Source: Granulicella sp.
Lineage (GTDB): Bacteria; Acidobacteriota; Terriglobia; Terriglobales; Acidobacteriaceae
Direction: 5' to 3'
Length of the DNA: 64,000 nucleotides
Assembly (NCBI GenBank): GCA_027339965.1
Contig: DAHWNL010000034.1
Coordinates: 59,551 to 123,550 of the forward strand
The translations under genes and the position numbers were made by a program. The first letter of the stretch is position 1. Each line of letters begins with the position of its first letter. Below, piece after piece: positions 53,081 to 63,094 of this stretch. The notes beneath the pieces are model-generated. The model was not told the origin of the DNA, did no database searches, and saw only the letters and a program-made list of their open reading frames with translations.

Positions 53081-53665
53081 TCAACTGACGGGGGAGATCA
53101 GGCCTCGCATGGTGAGATGAATATCCACCTGCTTGGCTACTCGAAAGACGAACCAGCTAGGATCCTTCAGCCCCCACTGAACGTAGGGTACTTTGAAATT
53201 TGTCGTCGCCGTGCACCGGCTGCCTTCAATGTGAATCACCATGGGCACGGTGATGGTGTGAGGCGTGCCGTGGAGAGTAAAGACTCCAGTTACCTGAACT
53301 GTCGAGTCGCCGGTTAGGGCCAGCGTCCCGGTGTAGCTCTGCGGAGCAAAGGTGATATCGGCGAATTTGCTCGCCTGCAGAACCTCCTTGAGCATCTTCT
53401 TATCGCGACCGGCGATACCGCTGTTCCCGGTTGCCGCTGAGACCAAGATCAAGCCGCTGAGCTGAGATGAGTTCGGATCGAAAGTTACGCTTCCCTTCTC
53501 CACCTGGAAGGTTCCCTTGGTGGTGTCGTCATTGCTCGCCAAGGTGAAGTCAACGACGCTGAGACTGGGACTGATGCTGAAGTTCTGGTGCTGCGCTAGG
53601 GCAAAGGGGGTGAAAAAGGTAGCCAGAGATACGAGCAGGGTGCGTAGAGTCGTCTTGATCATCAT
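53081..53665 (-). CDS. YceI-family periplasmic protein
   Basis: Signal peptide (ALA-Q), S.V.F, G.F, SG...RD, I.F, G..TLHG; AAGGAG RBS. Confidence 0.82.
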   Translation of the reverse strand: MMIKTTLRTLLVSLATFFTPFALAQHQNFSISPSLSVVDFTLASNDDTTKGTFQVEKGSVTFDPNSSQLSGLILVSAATGNSGIAGRDKKMLKEVLQASKFADITFAPQSYTGTLALTGDSTVQVTGVFTLHGTPHTITVPMVIHIEGSRCTATTNFKVPYVQWGLKDPSWFVFRVAKQVDIHLTMRGLISPVS

Positions 53666-53747
53666 CAGGGATGGTCTCCTTCGAGCGTTGGTTGTTTGCG
53701 TTGGCAAAGAAGTTTTGCGCTCAAAAGCATTACGATCAGAGGGAACC

Positions 53748-53803
53748 CCCGGACTCACTCACCGGGACCGACTCACCCGGACCGGCTCATCGGGATCGAC
53801 CCA
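53748..53803. repeat. Four imperfect tandem 14-bp repeats (consensus CC[C/G]GGACCGACTCA)
   Basis: cccggactcactca / ccgggaccgactca / cccggaccggctca / tcgggatcgaccca. Confidence 0.75.
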
Positions 53804-54674
53804 TCCAGCTTCCGCACCTTGCCACCAGACAAGTCGAGATCTCGGCTCGGGAGGCTTCCAGAGCGGAAATATCGGCATTCGGTTTGGTAAATGGGAAGGG
53901 CTACGCCAGTCCCCGGCATCGTAAAACAGACGGTGCGGCTGCTTCAGTACGATAGCAGGCTCCCCCACAGACGAGACAAAAGACAGGACCCGAAGGATAG
54001 CGAGAATCATCCGGAGCAGGGCGGACGCGATGGCCACAGGAGCAAGAACAAGCAGCGCCGGAGTCCCGTATACCGCGGAGGGATGGTTCGTTGAACAGAA
54101 CAGACCGGAACGGATCATCGAGTCGGTGTCCATCCTCTCGTAATGGAAGCGTCTCCTTCTGCCGGCAAAGAAAGCGCACAGGGCGCGGTCGAGTCCCGGA
54201 ATGAAGTCATCGCGCAAGGGCTCTGACGGCCGCTTGATGTTCGAGGGGAGCAGATGCAGGAGAGAAAAAGAAGAGCGTCGGGCGGTGACTGCATGCGCAT
54301 CAGGCGCAGCGTCAACGAGGGCGCGCAGAGAAGGAGGATGCTGGTAGAGACATCGGAAAGCGCTCTGCGTAGCTGGTAGGCGAAGAGAACAAGCTTGGGA
54401 CGGATCATGCGTTCACCTTCCATTCTTCGGTGTGCCGTCTTGCATGGCCGTAGGGATCTGGATCTAACCAGCTCTAAGCTCGGCCAAAGCCCAACGGGTT
54501 CCTTAAGCGGTAGCATGGATGAGAGGGATGAGCCCAACCCACAGGCAATTTTGTGACCGAGCGTGGGGTATAGCTTCCATCTCTGGATGATGCGCTTTGC
54601 CTGAGCTTTTGCTTGGCTTTGTTCTTCAGACGAAGCACAGATTCTGTGGATAGCATTGAATCCCGCCCAGCCCA

Positions 54675-54690
54675 ATGACAATTTGTTCAT
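54675..54690. promoter_or_regulatory. CusR/CopR-like inverted repeat upstream of the response regulator
   Basis: ATGACAATTTGTTCAT, two mismatches from ATGACAAnnTTGTCAT. Confidence 0.4.
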
Positions 54691-54750
54691 GCCGGGCAAG
54701 CCGATGAAAGACTATGGGAGTCAATGGAATGAAGGGATTACCATCGCTTC

Positions 54751-55443
54751 ATGAAGCTGCTTCTGGTAGAAGACGAACTCGAGATTCAAAACTTTCTGAA
54801 GCCGTCGCTGGCCGATGCCGGTTATGAGGTGGACCTCGCAAACGATGCTCAGGCTGCGGAGAAGCTTGCTTCCGCGCATATCTACGATGCGCTCATCGTT
54901 GACCTGGGGCTGCCCGACCTGGATGGAATCGATCTGATCTTGCGGCTGCGAAAGATCGGCGTAACGAGTCCGGTGCTGATTCTCTCCGCGCGGCGGTCCG
55001 TAGACGACCGTGTCGCCGGCCTTGAACTGGGCGGGGACGATTACCTTACCAAGCCGTTTGCCATGGCCGAGCTGCTGGCGCGCCTGCGGAATCTGCTCAA
55101 ACGCAACATCGCCGCCAGCGCGGCGCCGACAATGCTCCGGGTTGGCGACCTGGAGTTAGACTTGCTCAGACGAAGAGCCTCACGCGCCGGGGATCTTCTG
55201 AATCTGAGCCCGCAGGAGTTCGGACTTCTGGAGTATCTGTGCCGCCACGCGGGGCGAGTAGTGACGCGCTCGATGCTCCTGGCAGAGGTTTGGGGGATGC
55301 GAATTCAACCGGATACCAACGTGGTGGACGTGCATATTTATCGGTTGCGCGGTAAGGTCGATACGGAGGGGCGCGCTCCGTTGATCAAAACCCTGCGAGG
55401 TGTTGGATATGTACTCGAAGCTCAAGAAGCGGCAACCGCATAG
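54751..55443 (+). CDS. OmpR-family response regulator (CusR/CzcR-like)
   Basis: LLVEDE, D.GLP..DG, DDYL.KPF, wHTH NVVDVHI.RLR.K, TLRGVGY. Confidence 0.92.
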   Translation: MKLLLVEDELEIQNFLKPSLADAGYEVDLANDAQAAEKLASAHIYDALIVDLGLPDLDGIDLILRLRKIGVTSPVLILSARRSVDDRVAGLELGGDDYLTKPFAMAELLARLRNLLKRNIAASAAPTMLRVGDLELDLLRRRASRAGDLLNLSPQEFGLLEYLCRHAGRVVTRSMLLAEVWGMRIQPDTNVVDVHIYRLRGKVDTEGRAPLIKTLRGVGYVLEAQEAATA

Positions 55444-56893
55444 CGCGGCCTGGAGAGTCTCTCTTTGGGCGACGCTGGCCTTTACCTTAGGGGCCTCTCT
55501 GGTGTTCGCCGAGCTGCACGGTTTTGTGGCCAAAGACATTCAGCGGCGCAGCGATGCCTGGCTCTCGGGCGAAGTGCAGGTGCTGAGCGATGTGGCCGAG
55601 AGAACTCCAAAAGATCGCCTCTATCGCCGGGTGGTCGGCGAGGTCGCTGAACTGGCCAGCAACGAGGTCCCGAATCGGACCGGCGATGAGCACGAAGAAA
55701 ACGATGCTGTGTTCTTCCTGCAGGCAGATCCAACCGGGCCGGCCAAGCTTTGGGTGGGTGCCGGGAACGGAAAAGCGAATCTAGAAGCGATCCGCACCAT
55801 CCATGCGACACCAGACGTCCCGTTTCATCTTAAGGTCAAAGGCTTCCCCATACCGTTTCGCGTGGTTGCGTCGCGGATAGACGATGGGAGCTACGTCTAC
55901 CTGGGCCTTTCCGAACGGGATGAACTTCGGGTATTGAGAGATCTGCGCCTGCGGTTTCTTTCGGTGGCGCTCTTGATCATCTTGTTGGAGTTCAGCCTGG
56001 TCTTCTATACCACGCGGCGGATGCTGGGCCATGTTCGGCGGATCAGCGAGGTGGCATCGCAGATCGGCGAATCGGATCTCAGCCAGCGCGTGCCCTCGGC
56101 GCCGCGCAACGATGAGATTGGGCAACTGGCTCTTACGTTGAACCGGATGCTGGATAGAATCGAGAACTCCGTGCGTCAACTGCACACCATCACCGATTCC
56201 CTGGCGCACGACCTGCGCAGCCCGCTGACAGCGATTCGGGGCAAGCTGGAACTTTCGCTGTCAGCCAAGCGGCTGGAGAGCGGCGAGCCTGAATGGAAGT
56301 CGATGATCGTCGCAGCGATCGACGAACTGGACCGGTTGGCCGACTTTCTAAACACCTCCCTCGATCTGGCTGAGGCGCGAGCCGATGCGCTGCGCCTTCG
56401 GCGATCGGAGATTGATCTGGACGAGTTGATCCGCTTGATGATGGATCTTTATGCCCCATCCATGTCTGAACGAGGTTTGAATATGCAACTGCGCTGCAGC
56501 CGAGCCTTGATGGTCTCCGCTGACGCGGCGCTGCTGCACCGCGCGGTTGCCAACCTGCTGGACAATGAGATGAAGCACGTGCCGGCAGGGTGTACCGTAA
56601 CCATCCGCCTGCAGGCTGAAAATGGCGACGCCAAGATCACAGTGGAGGACGATGGTCCGGGATTTGAGCACGAGCTGAGCCAGAAAATCTTTACGCGCCG
56701 CGCAAAAGGCAAGGCATCCACCGGGCACGGGTTGGGATTGGCCTTTCTGGAGGCTGTGGCGCACGCGCATGGTGGCGCTGTTTCAGCCTGCAACCGCAGA
56801 GAAGGTGGGGCGCGCATCACCATCACGCTACCACTTTCACCGGCAGCTCGGCAGCCTGACCCTCTGGAAGTCAAGACGGCCGCTATCGCGTGA
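55409..56893 (+). CDS. Sensor histidine kinase (HAMP-HisKA-HATPase)
   Basis: Two TM helices, DEIG.LA...N.ML, AHDLRSPL, NLLDN, DDGPG, GLGL; ATG 55409 after GAGGTG. Confidence 0.92.
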   Translation: MYSKLKKRQPHSAAWRVSLWATLAFTLGASLVFAELHGFVAKDIQRRSDAWLSGEVQVLSDVAERTPKDRLYRRVVGEVAELASNEVPNRTGDEHEENDAVFFLQADPTGPAKLWVGAGNGKANLEAIRTIHATPDVPFHLKVKGFPIPFRVVASRIDDGSYVYLGLSERDELRVLRDLRLRFLSVALLIILLEFSLVFYTTRRMLGHVRRISEVASQIGESDLSQRVPSAPRNDEIGQLALTLNRMLDRIENSVRQLHTITDSLAHDLRSPLTAIRGKLELSLSAKRLESGEPEWKSMIVAAIDELDRLADFLNTSLDLAEARADALRLRRSEIDLDELIRLMMDLYAPSMSERGLNMQLRCSRALMVSADAALLHRAVANLLDNEMKHVPAGCTVTIRLQAENGDAKITVEDDGPGFEHELSQKIFTRRAKGKASTGHGLGLAFLEAVAHAHGGAVSACNRREGGARITITLPLSPAARQPDPLEVKTAAIA

Positions 56894-57078
56894 GCCAGCT
56901 TCGGGGCAGACGGAATGCCCTGCCATAGGCGGTACAACTGCCCTCTCCTTCTACCCCATCCGCAAAGCTCGGTAACCCCAAACCTGCAAGACTACCCCCG
57001 GAAGTTAGGCGCCGCAGCAGTTTTGAACGAAAGATGCTTTCGCCACATGGAAAGCCGCAGGCGGCCTTGGCAAGGCTT

Positions 57079-58662
57079 CTAAAACCCCAACGACCTGCAA
57101 ATTGCATCCACTCTGGATCTCACATCTTCGGGCATGACCACCATCTGCGGCCAGGGGCGATGGAAGCCTTCAGCAGGCCATTTGCGGGTAGCGTCGATAC
57201 CCATCTTGCTGCCGTAGTTCGGCAGTCTGCTGGAGTGGTCCAGCGTGTCGATGGGGCCCAGCGTGAATTGAATATCGCGTTCCGGATCGATGTTGTTGCT
57301 CACCCGCAGGGTTACCTCAGCCAGATTCTGCACATCGCAGTCCTCATCCAGAACAATGATGCACTTGGTGAACATCGCCTGTCCCATGGCCCATATGCCA
57401 TGCATCACCTTGCGCGCGTGGCCGGCATAGCTCTTGCGGATACTCACTATCATCAGGTTGTGAAAGACACCCTCAGCCGGAAGATGGATGTCGCAGATCT
57501 CCGGCAGCGTCAATCTCATCAGTGGCAGAAAGATGCGTTCCACGGCTTTGCCCATCCAGGCATCCTCCATAGGCGGTTTGCCGACGATGGTGGCCGCGTA
57601 GATGGGATCCTTGCGGTGCGTGATGCAGGTGATATGGAAGACCGGATACTCATCCTGCATGGTGTAAAAACCGGTATGGTCGCCAAAGGGGCCCTCGGTG
57701 CGTAGCTCCGCCAGATCCACGTAGCCCTCCAGGATGATCTCGGCGTGGGCTGGAACCTCCAGGTCCACCGTCTCACACTTCACCAGCTCTACGGCCCTTT
57801 GGCGCAGAAAGCCGGCGATCAGGTACTCTTCCACCTCGGGCGGTGCGGGAACGATCGCCGAAAAGGTTGTCGCAGGATCCGTGCCAATGGCTACGGCAAC
57901 TTCCATCCGTTCGCCGTGAATGCGCGCCGCCACCTGCGGCGGAATCGCCCCGGGAGGGGCCCCTGCCGTCCCGCCGGCGGTTATGGCCATCAACTCCACC
58001 TGGTCGGCTCTCGCCGACGTTGTTGCCCGCAACCGCTCACGCAGATGCTCGGCGGCGTTCTTCTGGCGCTGCCAGTGCATTCCTGTCGTCTTGCCGTCAT
58101 AGACCTGCATCCGATACATGCCCAGGTTGCGCTTGCCGGATTTAGGATCGCGGGTGGTTATGCAAGGCAGGGTGATGAAGCGTCCCCCGTCCTGCGGCCA
58201 GGTCTGCGGAATGGGGAACTGCAGCACATCGATCTGTTCGCCACGCAGGATGACTTCCTTGCAGGGAGCCTTACGGGCGTCAACCGTCTTGGGAAAGAAG
58301 CTGCCGACCTCGGCCAGCAAAGGCAACATTTTGAGCTTGTCCATGATTCCGCTGGGTGCCACCGGATGGAGCAACGTCTCGATGCGTTTGGCCACATCGT
58401 CCAGCGAATCCACCTCCAGCGCCAGCCGCATGCGGCGTTCGCTGCCGAACTGGTTCATCAGAACCTGCGCTCCCTTGTAACCTGTCACGTTCTCAAACAG
58501 CAGCGCGGGGCCACCAGCGCCTGTGCCGCCGCGGCCCGACTTCGCGGCACGATCCGCAATCTCCGCCATCTCCAGAATGGGCGAAACCTCGGCGCGGACA
58601 CGCTTCAGTTCTCCTGCCTTCTCCAACGCCTTCATCCAATCCCGCAAACCTTCAAATGCCAC
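57079..58662 (-). CDS. UbiD-family prFMN-dependent decarboxylase (possibly menaquinone pathway)
   Basis: N.G.YR.Q, EGPFGDHTG.Y, GKPP.ED, K.GIDAT.K; GTG 58662 after AGAGGG. Confidence 0.88.
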   Translation of the reverse strand: MAFEGLRDWMKALEKAGELKRVRAEVSPILEMAEIADRAAKSGRGGTGAGGPALLFENVTGYKGAQVLMNQFGSERRMRLALEVDSLDDVAKRIETLLHPVAPSGIMDKLKMLPLLAEVGSFFPKTVDARKAPCKEVILRGEQIDVLQFPIPQTWPQDGGRFITLPCITTRDPKSGKRNLGMYRMQVYDGKTTGMHWQRQKNAAEHLRERLRATTSARADQVELMAITAGGTAGAPPGAIPPQVAARIHGERMEVAVAIGTDPATTFSAIVPAPPEVEEYLIAGFLRQRAVELVKCETVDLEVPAHAEIILEGYVDLAELRTEGPFGDHTGFYTMQDEYPVFHITCITHRKDPIYAATIVGKPPMEDAWMGKAVERIFLPLMRLTLPEICDIHLPAEGVFHNLMIVSIRKSYAGHARKVMHGIWAMGQAMFTKCIIVLDEDCDVQNLAEVTLRVSNNIDPERDIQFTLGPIDTLDHSSRLPNYGSKMGIDATRKWPAEGFHRPWPQMVVMPEDVRSRVDAICRSLGF

Positions 58663-59041
58663 GCACTTCCCTCTTCCCGGTCCTTCCCATCGGGATGACC
58701 TTTTTTCTATTCTCCTCCTGAACTGCCCCATGAAGCCGGGATTTGTTGCGGTCTCCTTCCAGGCAATCGGCTTGCTCCCGGCGTTCAACCGCCCCCTGTG
58801 TCCCGGCAAGCTTTCATTCTGCGAGAGATCCCTGCCCAGCTCATGCATCTGGATGGCATGAAGGAACGCACGCGCCCAACCGGGGGTGAACGATATACTG
58901 CTAAAAGAAGTGAAATCAGTCGCTGCCGCCCTCCCCGAACGCGGGGCGAGGCAAGTCGCAGCGGCGCAGGTCAGGCGCAGGTTTCAGGCGAGCGTGACGA
59001 AAGAAGGCAGCCAAGCGGCGGGAGTGCGGGGGAGACAGAAT

Positions 59042-59905
59042 TTGGCCAAAGCAGAGATCGGCATCATCGGTGGTAGCGGGCTGTACAACATGGACGGCTT
59101 GACCAACGTCAGCGAACACCGGATCCCGACCCCCTTCGGCGATCCTAGTGAGGTATTTCTTTTGGGCTCCATCGAGGGGCGTCAGGTCGCCTTCCTTGCG
59201 CGCCACGGCAAAGGCCATCGGATTCTGCCCTCAGAGCTGAACTTCCGCGCCAACATCTACGCCATGAAGTGGCTTGGAGTCTCCAGCATCCTGTCCGTGA
59301 GCGCTGTTGGCAGTCTGAAGGAGGAGCACAAGCCGACCGAGTTCATCATCCCCGACCAGTTCATTGACAGAACCTTTGCCCGCTCCAGCACCTTCTTTGG
59401 AGATGGCGTGGTGGGCCATATCGGCTTTGGAGATCCGGTGTGCCCCATCGTCAGCGATGTCTTTGCCCAGGCCTGCGCCGAGGTGGGGGTAGTTGGCAAG
59501 CGCGGGGGCGTCTACGTCTGCATGGAAGGTCCGCAGTTCTCTACCCGCGCTGAGTCAAACTTGTATCGGTCCTGGGGAGCGGACGTCATCGGCATGACCA
59601 ATCTTCAGGAAGCCAAGCTGGCTCGAGAGGCCGAGATCAGCTATGCAACCCTCGCCATGGTGACCGACTATGACTGCTGGTTTGATGGTCATGATGCGGT
59701 TACCGTGGAGCAGATCGTCGCGGTGATGCATCAGAATTCCGGTAACGCTCAGAAGGTGATCAAGGCGGCGGTTCGCCGGATGCCCGCTGACCTGAGCGCC
59801 AGCCCGGCACAGACTGCGGCAAAGTTCGCCATTATGACCGATCGCTCCGTCATTCCGGCCGAGACCAGGGTCAGGCTGGAACTGCTCTTCGGCAAGTACT
59901 GGTAG
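59042..59905 (+). CDS. mtnP: S-methyl-5'-thioadenosine phosphorylase
   Basis: IGIIGGSG, TPFG.PS, RHG..H, EGPQFSTRAES, GMT, VTDYDCW; TTG 59042 after GGAG. Confidence 0.9.
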   Translation: MAKAEIGIIGGSGLYNMDGLTNVSEHRIPTPFGDPSEVFLLGSIEGRQVAFLARHGKGHRILPSELNFRANIYAMKWLGVSSILSVSAVGSLKEEHKPTEFIIPDQFIDRTFARSSTFFGDGVVGHIGFGDPVCPIVSDVFAQACAEVGVVGKRGGVYVCMEGPQFSTRAESNLYRSWGADVIGMTNLQEAKLAREAEISYATLAMVTDYDCWFDGHDAVTVEQIVAVMHQNSGNAQKVIKAAVRRMPADLSASPAQTAAKFAIMTDRSVIPAETRVRLELLFGKYW

Positions 59906-60021
59906 CGCTGTCGCTCTGCCGCCACAGCGCTGCAGAGCTGGAAAATCCGGTTTCCGCCCGTGCCTGACTGGCAGCGAAAGAAGCTGGAGACAAATAAGGA
60001 AAGAAAGAAAAAGGAGAAACT

Positions 60022-60948
60022 TTGTCCGTTCTGGTTGTTGGTTCCGTGGCATTCGACACTCTGGAGACCCCCAGCGGAAGACGGGAGCGTGTGCTGGGTG
60101 GCGCCGCTACGCACTTTGCCCTGGCTGCCAGCTTCTTCACCACGGTCCGCGTGGTAGGCGTGGTCGGTGAAGACTTCCTCCCCGAACATGAGTCCGTGCT
60201 CACCTCTCGTGGCATCGATACTGCCGGTCTGGAGCATGTTCCGGGTAAGAGCTTCCACTGGAGCGGAAGCTACATGCGGGATCTGAGCACGGCCGACACT
60301 TTGACCACCGACCTGAACGTCTTCGCCGACTTTGCCCCCAAGATTCCAACCAGCTACCTGGATACTGAGCACCTCTTCCTCGCAAATATCGATCCGGTGT
60401 TGCAGGAACGCGTGCGCAGCCAGATACCGGGAGCGAAGCTGGTAGCCGGAGATACCATGAACTACTGGATCTCCGCGCATCGCCAGAACCTGCTGAAGGT
60501 GCTCCGCGAACTGGACGTGCTGGTGATCAACGATAATGAAGCCCGCATGCTGAGTGGCCAAACCAACAACGTCCGGGCGGCCAGGGGAGTCCTTGAACTC
60601 GGCCCCAAGTCGCTGGTAGTCAAGTATGCGGAACACGGCTCGGCGGCTTTCTTCTCGCCGAGCAGCTTCGGTGACGGTCAGCAGCACAAGCTTTTTCGCG
60701 CCCCAGCCACGCCGACGGAAGATGTAGTGGATCCAACCGGCGCGGGTGACTCCTTCGCGGGCGGCTTCTTTGGCTACATCGCCTCGCAGAAGCAGCTCAC
60801 CCCGGAGGTCTTCCGCAAGGCCATGTTCTACGGCTGCGCTCTGGGGTCGCTCTCTGTGGAGGACTTCGGCACCGAACGCCTGCAGCGTACCACCCGGGAG
60901 GAGATCGATCGACGATTCGACGAACTCAGGGAGATATCTCACCTATAA
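60022..60948 (+). CDS. PfkB-family sugar/nucleoside kinase
   Basis: GS.A.D, GG.A, N..E, DPTGAGDSFAGG; AAGGAG before TTG. Confidence 0.9.
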   Translation: MSVLVVGSVAFDTLETPSGRRERVLGGAATHFALAASFFTTVRVVGVVGEDFLPEHESVLTSRGIDTAGLEHVPGKSFHWSGSYMRDLSTADTLTTDLNVFADFAPKIPTSYLDTEHLFLANIDPVLQERVRSQIPGAKLVAGDTMNYWISAHRQNLLKVLRELDVLVINDNEARMLSGQTNNVRAARGVLELGPKSLVVKYAEHGSAAFFSPSSFGDGQQHKLFRAPATPTEDVVDPTGAGDSFAGGFFGYIASQKQLTPEVFRKAMFYGCALGSLSVEDFGTERLQRTTREEIDRRFDELREISHL

Positions 60949-61223
60949 GCATTTGCCGGACTCAGGCCGAAACAGCCCGCAAGACGCCCCCGGATGGTGA
61001 AGTGGAAACGGGCGGACGCAATCGATTGGGAGATTTGCTCGGTCACAGGATCTTTCAACAACTCCCCAAGGAGGCTCAAATGAAACCAGGACGTGCCACC
61101 TGGGAACAGCGCACCCTCCCTACAATAGGCCGGAATGATTTCAGCCGATCTTCGGCGCGGCGGCTGCCGAGCCAGAGCAAGAACGCCGCTTCCTTAGAAC
61201 TCCTTTAACCCTTCCATCCCTCT

Positions 61224-63071
61224 ATGCCAAGATCAAAGTCAGAACGGAATGATGCCCCGCTTCACGAGCAGGGCAAGGATGCAGAGCTCCTTTTGCCCAC
61301 TTCCCCTAACCCTGCGGAGGGCCGGCCCAGCGAGACGCCTCAAGGCAAACTGCTTGCGAACCGCAGCCTAAACAAGCTGCGCAACCGGGGCTCCCAGAGC
61401 GAGGCGCGCATCTGGGTCCAGGTCGATCCGGAGACGGTGAGCCCGGCCGTACCGGGCGAAACTTATCCGTTTTTCGCGGCCGGGATTGTTCTGGCCTTTG
61501 TGGCGTTGTACATCTGCTACCGCCAAAGCTTCCTTTTGCTGTACGGCGATGCGGTGGCGCACTTGGCCGTCGCCCGCCGCATCCTGGATGCGCGCTGGCC
61601 AGGCCTGGCGCAACTCGGCAGCGTTTGGCTTCCGCTGCCCCATCTTTTGATGCTTCCCTTCATTATGAATATGCGCATGTGGCAGACCGGCCTGGCGGCG
61701 GCTCCCATGTCCATGCTGAGCTACGCGGCTAGTGTGGCCGGCATATGGCGGCTGGCGCGGCGCATGATGCGAATGCGTTGGGCGCTGGTGGCCACGACGT
61801 TCTACGCGCTCAACGCCAACCTGCTCTATCTTTCTACCACCGCCATGACGGAAGCACTGTTTTTGGCTCTCTTCATCTGGTCCGTGGTGGCTGCCATGGA
61901 ATCCATCGCGGCCCTGCGTCAGGGAGATCTGACGCTAGCTCGCGCGCGCATGATGCTGGCCGGGCTACTCATCCTGGGGCAGGTTTTTACGCGCTACGAC
62001 GGCTGGGTGATCGGCGCGGTGATCTGGTTGTGCTTTGCCTGGAACCTGTTGCGCAGCGTGCCGGATGTGCGCCGCCGCATGACGCCATGGTTCGTGCTGT
62101 TCACGGTGTTTGTGGCCATCGGCCCTCTGCTTTGGTTCTGGTACAACGCCCACTTCGAAGGCGACTGGCTGGACTTTCTGCGCGGACCCTACTCTGCCAA
62201 ACAGATTGAGCTGCGCACCGCGCCCCCTGGCCAGCACTACCGGGGCTGGCACAACATGGGTTGGTCTGCGTTGTTCTTTACCCGCACCGCGCAGCTGGAC
62301 GCAGCCGCCTGGGAGACCGGCTTTGGCCTGATGGCCGCAGCGCTCTACGGACTCTGGATCGCAGTGCGGCGCCGCGCGGAGAGTGCGGCTCACAGCCGCG
62401 GGGAGTTCCTCGCTCTTCTGCTTTGGATTCCGCTGCCCTTCTATATCTACGCCATCGCCTACAGCTCCGTTCCCATCTTCATCCCCCAGCTCTGGCCTCA
62501 CGCCTACTACAACTCCCGCTACGGGATGGAACTTTTGCCGGCCTTGGCGGTCTTTGCAGCGCTGGCCGCAGAACGCCTGGAGGTTTGGCTCAAGTCACGG
62601 CGAGCGGCTGGCGAGCGGCTGATTGGAACGCTGTGGCAACCTACGGCGATGGTGTTATGCGTGACCAACTGCATCGTGATGATGCACCTCACCCCTTTGG
62701 TGCTGCAAGAGGCTGCGGTGAACGCCACCACTCGGATGACGCTGGAAGCCAACCTCGCCTATGCGCTGGAAGAGTTACCCAAGAACGTACCCGTAATGAT
62801 GTCGCTCACCGACCACGTCGGCGCCGTGCAGGACGCCGGCCGCGATCTGCGCAGCGTGATCAGTGAAGACGACCAGCAGGAGTGGAAGACGGCCCTGACA
62901 GACCCGGCAAAGTACGCCGCCTACGTCATCGCCATCCAGGGCGACCCGGTAGCCAAGGCAGTCGCCGCCAACTCCAACGGCCTGGCTGAACTGGATGTCA
63001 TCTGCACCAACGGCCAGGCCTGCGCGCATATCTACCAGTCGCTGATCTATCGGCCCGGGCAAGGAAACTGA
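61224..63071 (+). CDS. Multi-pass membrane protein, probable GT-C (PMT/ArnT-like) glycosyltransferase
   Basis: YGDA..H loop after the first TM, WLPLPH, MTE.L, RYDGW, RY; many TM helices; start uncertain. Confidence 0.7.
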   Translation: MPRSKSERNDAPLHEQGKDAELLLPTSPNPAEGRPSETPQGKLLANRSLNKLRNRGSQSEARIWVQVDPETVSPAVPGETYPFFAAGIVLAFVALYICYRQSFLLLYGDAVAHLAVARRILDARWPGLAQLGSVWLPLPHLLMLPFIMNMRMWQTGLAAAPMSMLSYAASVAGIWRLARRMMRMRWALVATTFYALNANLLYLSTTAMTEALFLALFIWSVVAAMESIAALRQGDLTLARARMMLAGLLILGQVFTRYDGWVIGAVIWLCFAWNLLRSVPDVRRRMTPWFVLFTVFVAIGPLLWFWYNAHFEGDWLDFLRGPYSAKQIELRTAPPGQHYRGWHNMGWSALFFTRTAQLDAAAWETGFGLMAAALYGLWIAVRRRAESAAHSRGEFLALLLWIPLPFYIYAIAYSSVPIFIPQLWPHAYYNSRYGMELLPALAVFAALAAERLEVWLKSRRAAGERLIGTLWQPTAMVLCVTNCIVMMHLTPLVLQEAAVNATTRMTLEANLAYALEELPKNVPVMMSLTDHVGAVQDAGRDLRSVISEDDQQEWKTALTDPAKYAAYVIAIQGDPVAKAVAANSNGLAELDVICTNGQACAHIYQSLIYRPGQGN

Positions 63072-63094
63072 TTCTCCCCGAAACTGCCTCAGCC

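Noticed and set aside
53748..53803. CRISPR array
   Set aside because: Units are 14 bp, contiguous and without spacers; no cas genes in the window
59749..60942. 397-aa minus-strand ORF (and similar long antisense ORFs over nuoM, ubiD, recQ)
   Set aside because: Mirror frames of well-supported genes
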